From Eremomyces bilateralis CBS 781.70 (taxonomy: Eukaryota), in the NCBI GenBank assembly GCA_010015585.1, contig ML975151.1: DNA of 64,000 nt. One strand, given 5' to 3'. Each line of letters opens with the position of its first letter. The stretch's first letter is position 1. Of the stretch, positions 27,013-39,212 are shown piece after piece. The notes beneath the pieces were generated by a model. The model was given only the letters and a program-made list of their open reading frames with translations, was not told where the DNA came from and did no database searches. The translations under genes and the position numbers were made by a program.

Positions 27013-28677
27013 TTAATTAGGAAGTAGGCTAGGATCTACGTTTTCTGGTATAGCTAACTGAGGCATTGAACAGGTCTCAACTCGATGTCCTGGCTCGCGA
27101 CAGCGTCCGCAACGTCGCTGGCGCCTTCCAGGAGCGTCACTAGAAGCACCATTTTGACTGATTATATCTTGATCCCGACGTTGTTCAACTAATTGAAGCC
27201 CATCAGTAATTGAGCGCGTGTCAGCGCCCTTAAGCACTTTTTTTTTTCGTTGTTTGCGCTTTGATAGCGTCTCGTTTGCCTTCCGAAGCTTTCCTATCTC
27301 AACCTCCATGATTGAAGCTCCGTGCGCGATCATTTGAACACCCTTCTCAAGGCTTGTAAAGCTTTCTAAAAGCGATGTTGGGGAGGTATTTTGATGTCTT
27401 TGAAGGCGCTGTCGTATGTACTCCGTTTGGGATCCTATTTCAGCGACATTGCGTGGTGTTTGCGACACCCATTGAGGGATCTCTGGTAATGGCGTCGGGG
27501 TCCGTAATCGGACATCAAGCTTTGAAATAACAGCTTCTGGATCGAAAGGCACTAATCCTGCGCCTCTGAAGGCGCCCTGGATATTCTCCGTAGCAATTGC
27601 TTTTTCGAAGGCGGTCTTGAAAGCAGGTAAAAAGTCCTCTTCCGTGATGTGGTTGATGCGGCACCGGATAAAGTCCTCAATCTCCTTGCTATACGCGCGC
27701 TTCAATGGCCCAAAACAGCCAACGTCGAGGGGTTGTAGCAAATGTGATGAATGCGAAGGCATGCAGAGAGTAATGATCTTCTGGTCCTTGCAGAAATCCT
27801 GGAATTGGATAGTGTCATGGCTATTATGGCCATCCATAATCAAAAGCCGATAGGCGCCAGTCGTACGGTCTTCTGTGAAGCGATTAAAATGCTTTAACCA
27901 CTCAAATCCATGCTCAAGGGACGTCCAGCCCTTCTCGCTAACTGATAGAACCCAATCAGGCCTATCCGCAATCGCCTCGTACGAGGTATTGTAATGTCGA
28001 GCGCCTTTGAAGATGATGAAGGGTGGGACAACCCAACCTTGCGCGCTGGCAGCAATGATCGATGTTACCCATTCTGTATTGCCTGGCTGCAAGGTTTTTG
28101 GAGTCTGACGTCGTTCGGTACCCGTGATGACCATGCGTGTCCCGATTACGCCCATTTGAAAGCCAACTTCATCAAAGTTGTAAGTATCTTCATCCAGGAT
28201 GCCGTATTTTGCCTTCACGTTGCGTACGAGGCGAAACCACGCGCCAATAATCTCTGGATCTTCGTTCAGGGCTCTTTTATAGTCGTACTTTCGATTAACA
28301 CGTGTTTTGAGCTCTGGAACGCGTTGTACGAATCTCGATGGCCAATTGATACCAACGTGAGCCTGACCGCGATCGGTGAGTAGCTTATTGGCTATATCTC
28401 GCAACATATCGTAATTGAGTTGAAATCCGCGCGCATCGACGTCGATGCAATAGTCGATAATCACCCTCTCTTCTGTATTTGAGAGCTTTTTCGAATTCGG
28501 AACGCAATCGCTTCGTGCAGTCATTCCGTTGCGGCGGTCACGTAAGGTACTCCACGGGACGTTGTAAGCTTTTGCAGCTTCTCGAATTGATTGAACTTGG
28601 TCTTGTTCGATAGTCTGGATGGCTAGGTTCATTCTAGCTTCATTTGAAGGTAATTGAGGGCGCTGTTGTTGAGACAT
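27013..28677 (-). CDS. pogo/Fot1 transposase (HTH_psq, CENP-B HTH, DDE_1, C-terminal CCHC knuckle)
   Basis: SIREAAKAYNVPWSTLRDR; catalytic YNFDE / IMDGH / QPLDV with 35 residues between the last two Asp (DD35D); CGRCREPGHRVETC. Confidence 0.96.
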   Translation of the reverse strand: MSQQQRPQLPSNEARMNLAIQTIEQDQVQSIREAAKAYNVPWSTLRDRRNGMTARSDCVPNSKKLSNTEERVIIDYCIDVDARGFQLNYDMLRDIANKLLTDRGQAHVGINWPSRFVQRVPELKTRVNRKYDYKRALNEDPEIIGAWFRLVRNVKAKYGILDEDTYNFDEVGFQMGVIGTRMVITGTERRQTPKTLQPGNTEWVTSIIAASAQGWVVPPFIIFKGARHYNTSYEAIADRPDWVLSVSEKGWTSLEHGFEWLKHFNRFTEDRTTGAYRLLIMDGHNSHDTIQFQDFCKDQKIITLCMPSHSSHLLQPLDVGCFGPLKRAYSKEIEDFIRCRINHITEEDFLPAFKTAFEKAIATENIQGAFRGAGLVPFDPEAVISKLDVRLRTPTPLPEIPQWVSQTPRNVAEIGSQTEYIRQRLQRHQNTSPTSLLESFTSLEKGVQMIAHGASIMEVEIGKLRKANETLSKRKQRKKKVLKGADTRSITDGLQLVEQRRDQDIISQNGASSDAPGRRQRRCGRCREPGHRVETCSMPQLAIPENVDPSLLPN

Positions 28678-28711
28678 TGCGAAAAAACCATGATGATCGC
28701 TGTTATGGAGA

Positions 28712-28758
28712 TGAGGTGGGCGACTCGGTGGTTTGGGCGACTCGCTGGTGGATTACGT
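28712..28758 (-). repeat. Right TIR of the pogo/Fot1 element
   Basis: Exact reverse complement of 26913-26959. Confidence 0.95.
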
Positions 28759-29259
28759 TAAGTTAACTACCTAACTATGTACTTGTTAATGCCCGAGAAT
28801 TCATATTTGGATACAGTCATTCGTCCCTCAGAAGTTGGGGAGTGGGGCACACTAACATGCCTCTGAAGGCGACAACCAAGCCGAATACTGCGTGATGGCA
28901 GTATCTTTTAAGGTGAAGAAAGCAAATCGAGGGCTTACATCAACAGCTATCCTTTTCTATGAATAGCCTTTAACCGTGCTCAGACGGTTGATGAATTGAT
29001 TGGTATTATTGTTGCTTTTGGTTGCTGGTGCTGCGCAGGCCCACAGGGCATGACATGCTGGTCAAATACCGTAACTCCAGTCGAACAAAATGAGAAACTA
29101 AAGCGAGTATCGGACTCCACTGAGGGCAAACAAAGGAATTGAAGATACTGTATGATCTCGGCAACTCCTTATCGGTATATATGCCTTAATTATGTACTTA
29201 TCTTATATGCGATATTCTCCATCTGGTCAAATCATGATCATCTCCGGAGTCCAAACATC

Positions 29260-30891
29260 TCAAAGCACCGAGTCCACCAGCACCTTCGCTTCCAACTCGC
29301 CATAATGTTCAAAGAAGCCCTCGAACAACCGAATAGCATGTCCCACATCATCCGCACCACCACACTCCCGAATGCTATGCATCGACAACTGCGGGTTCCC
29401 CAAATCCAAGGTCCTCGCCCCCATCTTCGCACTGAGCATCGGCCCGATCGTGCTTCCGCACGAGCTGTCATTCCGCACCACGAATAGCTGCAACGGCGTC
29501 TTGGCCCGCTGCGCGACTTCTTGCAAGAGGACGATCCCCGGCGAGTTGGTCGCATACCGCGCGTTCGCGTTGATCTTGATCACCGGGCCCTTGTTCATCT
29601 CCGGGCGGTGCGAGGACTCGTATTTCTGCGGGTAGTTGGGGTGGACGGAGTGAGCCATGTCGGCCGAGACGAGGAAGGACGTCGCCAGTGTCTGCTCGAA
29701 CGTGGTGGACTCATCGTCGACCTTGTCATAGCTGCGGTCGCTGTCATCGTTGGAGCCGGCGAACGCGTCGTGTGGGAGCGCAGAGAGGCGGCGGAGGACG
29801 GCAGGGAGGAGATTAGAGTCGGCGCCTTGCGCGGTCCGGCTGCCGATTTCCTCGTGGTCGAAGAGGGCGATAAGGCGGATGCTCGGGTCGGAGTCGAGGG
29901 TGTCGGGTTTCGAGAGCGATGTGATGAGGCCTTCGACTGCGCAGTAAGACATCACGAGATTGTCGAGGCGCGCGGAGAAGATGAGCTCGTTGTTGAGGCC
30001 GCCGAGACAGGATTTTTGGGTGTCATAGAGGACCAGCTCGAAGTCGAGGATGGCGGAGGGATCTACGGCGGCCTCTTCTGCAATGAGTTCGACGATGCGT
30101 GGGTTATGTCGGTTGGTGACCGTCTGCAACGGCTCAAACGGTGCATCCGACACAGACGTTTTCTTCAATTGCTCGGCAGCTTCGTCTTCACTGGATTTGC
30201 CCTTTCTATTCAATTCCGCAGCAATGAGCCCTGCGATAGGGAGCAGTTGCGTCTCCTTGTTGAAGGAGAAGGTTTCCTGTCGGTCCAGATGTATGGCAAG
30301 CGTCGGAATCCGCAATATGGGTCGATCAATCTTTACCAGCTTCTGGACTATGCCACCCTTGTTGTCTTTCACCATCACCCTTCCCGCGACACTTAAGTCC
30401 CGGTCGAACCATGTGTGCCAGATACCTCCACCGTACGTCTCAACACCAACTTGAATAAAGCCTTCCGCTTGTTTTGTGGAGACAGGCTTGATTCTCAGGC
30501 ATGGAGAATCGGTGTGGGCTCCGACCATTCCAACGGGGTTGCCCGGTTTCCATTTCTTGCCGATGGCGAAGGCGACTATAGAAGAGGAGTTGCGGGTGAG
30601 GTAGTATTTGCCCCCTGGCTTCAGCTTCGAAGCCCAAGGATCCCGTTCCTATCATACGTAAGGCTAATATCCGCGAGAACTGTTGGACACCATATAGGAA
30701 AAATACCTGGATGGGCTTGAAGCCGGCCTTCTCCAGGAGCTCTCGTGCTGATTTAACGGCATGGAAAGCTACGATTGGTTAGTGGACTCGGTGCATAGAG
30801 GCATCTCGTATTTGTTTTGTAGGGACTTACGGGTTGGAGAAGCATTGACGAAGTTCAAGAAGCTTTCTGCATGCTTTGCTTGAGATGCCAT
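29260..30891 (-). CDS. APE4: Aspartyl aminopeptidase (peptidase M18); multi-exon
   Basis: FLNFVNASPTP/FHAV, GAHTDSP, WFDRDL, RLDN, FDHEEIGS, SADMAH, CGSTIGP and SMHSIRE. Confidence 0.94.
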
Positions 30892-31970
30892 TGATGACTA
30901 GGACTAGATGAGATCCAATAAGTGTGCCTGAGAGCCTGACTCCGTTGACTTGACGATCAACTTGAACCGATGGAATGAGATGCTGCTGTTGCTGTTGTTC
31001 TTGTATGCTCGTGCCGTCGTCGTGTTCCACTTGGTTGGTCTGATCGGGATATCTTGCGGATCAGACGCTGGAACATGGAGCTGTGCAGGGAAGATGGGGC
31101 GGGGGAGCACGGGGCAAGTGTGGCCGTACAACCGTTGGAGCCTCGTGGCCAATCAAGCGCGAGTGCCCAACTCACTTCACTTCACCAGTTCTCACCCTGC
31201 GCGGCTTCGCGTAGTGCGTCGTTCAAAACAAGAGAGAACACGTCCTGAATCATCACAACAACCCATCATTATCATCCCTTAATAGCACTCCTCACTCCTT
31301 TCTCTTCCTCTTTACAATTCAGTTGTGCATTATCCCTTCTCTCCCTTTCTAATCCCTCTTTGGTGTGTGGGCTGCTTTTTTGCTGATTTTCTGGACGTGT
31401 GACACGCCCCTTTTGTGCCTCGTGGAAAGTGGAAAGCGGAAAGCGCGTCTTGGTCCCTTGAGGTTGCCAGGGGTCCGGGCGTTGTAAATAAGGCAAAGCT
31501 TCGGAAGTTGCGAAGCTCACATCCCCGTTGCGACTTCCCTACAACAACATCATCACCACATCCTCCGACCAACCGCTCTACCATCTCCTCCTCGACTTCC
31601 TCCCACAGCCACCACGAATTCCTCCCGCACGATCGCTTCACGAAAAATAATCCTACATCCTGCACTTGGCCATGCACTACCCCCACCGAAGACCTTGATT
31701 GGAGGCACATCGCAGCGTGACCTGCCGATTTCCAGGACCCTGGACACTTGGGAACTGACTCCACGGCCGCCATCCACGCAAACATTCACTCCAACCTCTT
31801 GATAGCGTTCCCAAAGGAATCAATTTGCACTTGTGAAGATTCTGGAACTTGCGCACACTCACTCTGGATCGGAAATCCAAGGCGCTTGTGACTGGTACGA
31901 CTCCTGCAGCATCGCTTTATCAGTCTGCACACCTGCGACCCCAGGCCCTCTTTACCCTTTTATCTTGAAC

Positions 31971-34014
31971 ATGCCGCATTCGGACCACAATACAGTCATT
32001 ATTGAAAGCGGAGGAATAGGAGGAAAAGACACATTACAAACGCCGAAACTGCTCTCTCCGCCAGAAACGAAAACACCACCCACTCTCCCTACCAAACGAC
32101 ATCACGACCCCGCGGCGATGAGCGAGCGAAAGCGCGAGTCGGAACCGGTAGATCCGAATGCGCTAAGTAAGGCATTGGAGCAGTTTGAGAATGCCTCTCG
32201 CCCAAGAGACCACACACCAGGCGCAAGTCCAAGTCGCAAGCGGCAACGAGTCTACGGTGATCGGTGAGTGATGACATAGAACATGCTTACCATCATGCTC
32301 TCTCCTGGCGCACTAGACACATACTGATATTCTTAAGATTTATTCCTAATCGATCTGGACAAGATCTCCAAGCGAACTTCAGCTTACTGAACGACGATGG
32401 ATCACCCTCCACTCCCCGATCGCAGCGCAGGCAGCCAAATCACGAGCTGCACTTTCAAAAAAGTACGCCTTCACAGAGTTCGAAGTTTATACATTGTCTC
32501 ACATGTCAACAGCAGAAGAGGCCAACCGTACCTATGCCACCATTCTCCGCGCCGAGATGTTCGATAACTCTATTCCCAAAAACGACAGCTCATCCAGAGC
32601 ACATACACCTCCAAATCAGGCGTCGGCACTCCCGACAAGTAACCTGACACCCTCTACTCCTCACAAAAACCTTTTCAGCTATCTCTCCCCCGCTCGAAAT
32701 TCCTTCGGCCAGTTCACGCCTTCGAGAACACCCCACAAGCATGGACCGAACATAAACCCCAATTCTGAAATCTACAGCCTATCCCCTGTCAAGCAGTCGT
32801 CACAGAAAATGCTCCTCACTCCTCGCCGGCAGCCTCGAGCTGTTAGCAAAGTACCGTACAAAGTTCTGGACGCCCCAGATCTTGCTGATGACTTCTACCT
32901 GAACTTAGTTGACTGGGGAAATACGAACATTCTCGGCGTGGGTCTTGGCAGTTGCGTGTACATGTGGAACAGTCAATCAGGAAAGGTGACCAAGTTGTGC
33001 GAGCTCAATGATGACTCAGTTACCAGTGTAAATTGGATACAGCGGGTATGTTGCCAGCAAGCTCTTTCCATTTGGAGGCCATTCTAACATCACATGCAGG
33101 GCTCACACCTTGCAATCGGCACATCACGCGGGTTTGTCCAAATCTGGGATGCCAATTCACAACGACGCCTCCGAACAATGACTGGTCATACCGGCCGGGT
33201 TGGCGCCCTTGCATGGAACTCGCATATTCTCACCTCGGGTTCCAGGGATCGCAGCATCCTCCACCGCGATGTCCGCTCACCGGATCAGTACCTTACAAAA
33301 CTCACGGGCCATAAACAGGAGGTATGTGGGCTCAAGTGGAATTCCGAGGACAACCAGCTCGCCTCCGGTGGAAACGACAACAAACTGATGGTCTGGGAAA
33401 ATCTCCACACCGAGCCCCTCTACCGATGGTCGGAGCATTCGGCCGCTGTTAAGGCCATCGCATGGTCTCCACACCAACGAGGCCTCCTTGCATCAGGCGG
33501 TGGTACCGCAGACCGGACGATCAAGTTCTGGAACACTCAAATCAGCGCCCAAGGGGCCAGCAACGCTGCCGCCGCGGCCGCCATGTCCATCGGCACGACC
33601 ATCACCGGGACTGATACCGCAACAGCCCACGAAGATTTCAACTTCGGGGCCGCTGCACCGGTCTCTCCACCCGTCGCCCCACCCCCGGCAAACCTGATCA
33701 ACAGCTACGACACGGGTAGCCAAGTGTGTAACCTGGCATGGTCGCGAAACAGCAACGAGATCGTCAGCACGCACGGGTATTCCCAAAACCAGATCATCGT
33801 GTGGAAATACCCGAGTATGAGCCAGGTGGTCAGTTTGACCGGCCACACGTACCGCGTCTTGTACCTTGCTATGAGCCCGGACGGCAGCGTCATCGTCACC
33901 GGAGCGGGCGACGAGACGTTGCGGTTCTGGAACGCCTTCCGAAAACGCGAGCGGAGTGGTTTCGGCGTCGGCGGCAGCGGCCTCGGTGTTGAAGGATGGG
34001 GTACGATCAGATGA
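31971..34014 (+). CDS. CDH1: APC/C activator Cdh1/Fzr (WD40); 4 exons
   Basis: C-box GDR/FIPNR split by an intron, KVPYKVLDAPDLADDFYLNLVDW, WD40 repeats, many S/T-P sites and the C-terminal IR tail (WGTIR). Confidence 0.95.
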
Positions 34015-37000
34015 CGAACGACATCGACGCAGGCGCGAGGATGAACAAAATGGGGCTCTAGATTCATGTTTTTCACATCTCTGGCATACTTAACGACACG
34101 CGGCATGACGGCGGGAATTTGGCGTTTGCGGCTTGTTTCTGGCGAATCCGTGCATTTCGGTCGCCTTTTCGTTGAGCAACCTTTCTCTATATCTCGTTTC
34201 CCGGGGGCTTCCTCCCCACCATTTGCATCCGCATCGGCGTTGCGAAGCATGGTCGGCGAGTTTGACGCGAGGACATCGGTTTTCGGTGCTGGGCGGGGCG
34301 TTTTGAGGCGTCTGTCAATAGATGAATTATGGAGGAATGTGGGGGTGGACGCTAAACGGACGAGGAAACGACAGAGCCATGGATGATGTGACGGTGGGCT
34401 GGTTTTTTTTGCTTGATGCATGTATCTACGTCAGCCGCGGGGGATCCCATTTTCGAATGCTCGCGTGAGGGAGACGCGGCGCTCGCTCAGTAGATAGGGA
34501 TGAAATGGAGATGCTCATCTTGGCTCGACGTCTTTTAGTCAGTGACATTCTGGAGGAGTAGCTCGGAGGGCACAAATTCTGTCGTTCCATCCGTCCGGTG
34601 AATGGGTTTCCAGTCGTCTTGTGAGCTGGTCCCGCGGTTACATCCATATCGGGCATGGAACAGTATGAGTGCGAGATACGATGACACCGCTGGATCTCAA
34701 GAACTGGACACGACAGGAAGAACAAGGGGAAACCAGAGTACGAACCACCACTCATGTCGGCCCGAAAGGGCTTTTCAGATCTCCCATTGACCTGGAAAAT
34801 GCGGACGTTCTAACTTCGAATGGAAAACCCCCGTCGGCAGATGCCAGGTAGGCGTGTTGATGGGTAAATTCAAAATCAAAATTGATATCCCGATTTAGGA
34901 ACATGTCATAGATGAATAGTTTGAATACGGGACGATGGAACGGAATGAGGCTAGCAGGGGACTCAAGGCTACCAGGCGTTGAAGCTTGACGTCGTTTAGA
35001 GTTCAGTCAGATCTGACTTAGGGGTGATATTCCGTATTGCGTGAGATATAACCGTTTTATATGACTCAAATTCGTACGCAGTATGTACTGGAACGAAACG
35101 ACGGCGAACCAGGGCAGGTGGTGTAAATGAAGCAGCTCCATGATATCCATCACACTTGAGCTCCTGTGTCTAAGAATTCAATTTAGCCAGAAGATCCTGA
35201 TGCAAGGACACGAGACATCAGATGCCAGTCTAGGGAAATGGATTCAAATGGTGTCTGGTTCATCGAGGGGCTGCCGGGCTGGTGCGCGCCGACGGGAGAT
35301 CTTCGGGCTAGACCCCGGAAATGTGGCGTCAAAATCTCCGTCCGATCCAACGTAAGAGAATTCCAGAAACTAGAGGACATGGGAATCCGGACCAGGGCAA
35401 TGATGGTTCAGTATGCTCAATGGAAGGATGCAAGCATGAACGTGAAGTTGAAATGGAAGTTGAATTGAGGGTCCAATTTCGGCGCGGAGGACGTTGGTCC
35501 GGGGATCCCAGACAGCCAGACTGGCCACTGGGGAAGCTCGGTCTACTCCCGCTGCTAACGCCTAGTTAACACCAACTATATTCAATCTCCGTGTCTCTGT
35601 TTGAATTTTTTCCTCACCGTTCTCGACGCCATGTCGATTTGGGCAAAGCTGGCAGGCACCTTGTCTTATTGGAGCCGAAAATTGTCGCATCAATGGATAT
35701 ACCTTGGGGAGCCCCCGGAGTCCATGTAAATATGCCACCAGTCATCGTTCCGCATCATCCCCAGCGGGGCCAGCCCTGTGGTTCCGGATATGCATCAAAC
35801 ATCGCTGACACTAGCATGCCTAGACTTCAAGGTTATTATGGACCTAGCGGGACGAGAATCAAAGAGTTGGATTAGGATTCTGAAGATTATCCGTCTAATA
35901 TCGCTCCTTATGAGTTATGCGACGTGATCGCAACACCACCTTCACCTCGGCCCCCGGTTTGACGATCCTACCCAGTCCAGCCAGCCTAACTGTCACTACG
36001 ATTGACTACTTCCATACGCTGAGCAATGAAGGCGGCTGACGATGCCTTTGGGGAAGACTAAGGCCTCGGCCCGTTTCTCCCGCTTCTCCCGCTTCCTCAG
36101 CTTTGAAGAAGCTGGATAGACCTCTGGAAGTCATACCGGCTAAATGGAACCAGCCGTGGCCTGACAGCCATGGCATTGAATTAGCCAAATCGACAGTAGG
36201 ACGTCAAAGCATGGAGGAGGCCGTCAGTTGATAGTGGCGTCCATCAATATGCACAGCATGCACCAGCGGCTCTGTGGGGTTCCAACCGTTGCTCCTACCG
36301 ATTCCGCCAGTCATATAAGCTTTTTGACCACTCTGTTAGTCGGAAAATCATCCTGTTCCCGAAATTGTGCCGGTGTCACATTCGCCTGGCCGGCTCAATA
36401 GCGAGTACTAATTATGTATGGATCATCATACGGCTTGCTTGTTCCACGAGATTGAAGCTATCACAAGCCACAGTGCTCCTCCGTCACGATATTCAACCGT
36501 CCAACTGGGTATGATTGACCCGGATCGTGGACAGTAACCATCACAATCGAATCGCAAGCTTCAGCAAACCCTCATCCATCCCGGGGTCCAGAACTATCCC
36601 GCAGTTGAAGCTAGGGCTGGGAAAATTATGGGTCGATTATACCAGCATTGCCCCTCTTCTCGTGATAGTCTGTGGCCAGGTTGCATCGATGTCGATAGCT
36701 TTACGGCTATTTCAGCGATGAAGCATCGAGCATGGATGTCGAATCCATACCGGACCCTTTAGGCGTTAGGCCATGCGTCCGGGCCAGGGTTGCATACTTC
36801 CTGGAGATTATGGTCTTTCCATATTTGTGTCTCTCATTTGTTCTTATAATCATGGGATTTCCATCCAGGTCCCAAGACGTTCCTCCAACCGGTCTTCATA
36901 AGGGACGAGATCCTGGTGCTGAGTCTTATTGTCTCTCGACGTCCCCTATTTCGGTAGACTTCCATTCAGTCACCGTGTTCTCTGAAACCTTTGTCTATCA

Positions 37001-37042
37001 TAACTCCATTCCGTGGCCCTAAGGTCAGAGCATTGTGCTACT

Positions 37043-38929
37043 ATGTCTGCTGAGAAGGAGATGATCGGCAGTACCGCCGCAGGTCTGTCTGCCGAGAAGG
37101 AGATGGTCGGCGGTACCGCCGCAGCGCGCGGAGATGACCACACAAAGTTTGTCACAGTGCACAATGTTGCTTTGGCAGATGCCATCGAGAAGCAGAAGCC
37201 GTCGCCATGGACCAAGGCCATGTTTCAGGTACTTGATCGGATGCTAGAAAATGGTGGTCATGTTACTAAGGTCGCTGAAGCTCTACTTTTGCCTCTTTGT
37301 TGCAACTCTAAACTCTGGTATCAACGGTTACGATGGATCGCTTATGGGCGCCATCAATGCATATGACCAGTATCGCCTTTACTTTGGGTTCGATCCAGAA
37401 AAAGGAACCCCAGGTACCGGAATCGTATATGCCATCTATACAATCGGCAACATTGTCGGTTCATTCTTCGCCGGTCCTGCCACTGATTTTAGAGGTCGGT
37501 TTACAAGAATCCTAATTCCTTGGAGAAAATACGCCCAACTAACACCCTTTGGCAGGCCGTAGAGTTGGCATGGCGATCGGTGCAACCATCATCGTCATTG
37601 GAACGTGTATACAAGCTACTGCACGCAACCTTGCCCAATTCATGGGCGGTCGTTTCCTGCTCGGATTTGGCGTTGCAATCAGTGCCTCTGCCGGCCCGGC
37701 TTATGCTTCCGAAATCGCTCATCCCTCCTACCGTGGGGTCATGACCGGTATCTACAACTGCTTGTGGTTCATGGGCGGTATCCCTGGAACCTTTGTCCCT
37801 TATGGAACCCATAAAATCACCGGATCCAACAGCTGGCGCATTCCGATCTGGCTCCAGATGGTTTTCTCAGGCCTCGTGCTTTGCTTTGTGTGGTTCATTC
37901 CAGAGACCCCCAGGTGGTTGATTGCCAATGATCGTCACGAGGAGGCGTTGGCTGTCATGGTAAGCTAGGAACCCTAATCCGATCCAGCCCTCAACCCTAA
38001 CAGAACTGATCCCTGAAACGAAGTTTGAAGGATAATACTGACTATTCAATCAGGCCAAATACCACGGTGAGGGAGACCCCAATTCTCCCATCGTCCAGCT
38101 CGAGTATAGGGAGATGCTCGAAGACATCTCAAAGACCGGTTCAGATAAGCGCTGGTGGGACTATCGCGAACTGTTCAATACTCGCGAAACTCGCTATCGG
38201 TCTATGCTGGTTATTCTTATGGCATTCTTCGGCCAATGGAGTGGAAACGGCCCCGTTTCCTACTACTATCCTACGATGCTGAAAGGCGCGGGCGTGACCA
38301 GTAAGGAGACCCAGTTGCTTTACAACGGGATGCAGAACTTGGTCTCTTTTGGCGGCTCGGTATTCGGGGCTATCTTTACTGACAAATGGGGCCGTCGACC
38401 GCAGCTGATGGTCTCTACGGGGATTGCGGCCTGCATCTTCGTCATCATCCTCTCCCTCAATGCGACCAACCTTTATGAGAACAGTGCTGGCGAGTTAGTT
38501 GCGAAACGATCCTCGCAGTCTAATGCGGTCATCGCCTTTATCTTTATCTTCGGCTTCGTCATTTCGGCAGGGTACACGCCACTGCAGGCCCTGTACCCCG
38601 TCGAGTGCCTGCGGTACGAATCGCGAGCCAAGGGTATGGGCATGTACAACTTCTTCGTCAACATTGCGCTCTTCTACAATACATTTGTGACGGAAATTGC
38701 ATTCACGGGGGCGGGCTGGAAGTACTACTTCCTGTTCATCTTCTGGGACACCTTTGAGGTCATAGTCATTTATTTCCTATTCGTGGAGACCAAGAACCGC
38801 ACCCTGGAGGAGTTGTCGGAGATCTTCCAGAGCAAAACGCCGGTCAAGACTAGCATCAGCAAGGTGCAAGTCATCATGCATGGCGATGAGGGCGTCACGG
38901 AGGTTTTGAACAAAGAAAATGTTGCGTGA
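37043..38929 (+). CDS. MFS sugar porter, lactose permease/cellodextrin transporter-like; 4 exons
   Basis: NGYDGSLM, DFRGRR, GRFLLGFG, EIAHPSYRG, PETPRWL, GSDKRWWDY, FGQWSGN, DKWGRR and VETKNRTLEE. Confidence 0.92.
37044..37124 (+). repeat. 42-nt-period tandem duplication at the transporter N-terminus
   Basis: Two 39-nt copies (37044-37082 and 37086-37124) with three transition differences, encoding SAEKEMIGSTAA and SAEKEMVGGTAA. Confidence 0.9.
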
Positions 38930-39212
38930 GATGGCTCTGGATTTGAAGGAATTTGATGGATTCTGTTTAATTGCACGTTGACGAAGCTGTTGAGAGATAT
39001 TTCCCACACATTCATTGTTTGAATATAACAAGTATATCTAGGTAGTCAAGAAAAGATCCTGATTTCAATCTATCTAACCTTTTTCTACCGTATCCTTCTA
39101 ATCGTTCAGGGGTTTAGGTGGTGGGGTTACATGGCCAGACTTCGCTGGCAAAACGGTGTATATCCAAGGTATTGGAAAGCTAGAATCCCACTAATAGCAT
39201 TCCGCCCTTAGA

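Larger units (their letters stand above)
26913..28758 (-). mobile_element. Full-length pogo/Fot1-type (Tc1/mariner superfamily) DNA transposon, 1846 bp
   Basis: Perfect 47-bp TIRs (26913-26959 and 28712-28758), TA on both sides (26911-12 and 28759-60), and one intact transposase ORF. Confidence 0.97.

Noticed and set aside
29521..30396. Long antisense ORFs over APE4 (similar ones over VPS5, PRI2, the flippase, samB and the kinase)
   Set aside because: Expected shadows of GC-rich codon usage on the opposite strand.
33705..34421. 238-aa minus ORF overlapping the CDH1 3' end
   Set aside because: Antisense to a conserved gene and its UTR, with no domain features.
35900..37000. Possible XlnR (GGCTAAA) and CreA (SYGGRG) sites upstream of the sugar transporter
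   Set aside because: Plausible, but these short motifs occur at chance frequency and cannot be supported without conservation data.
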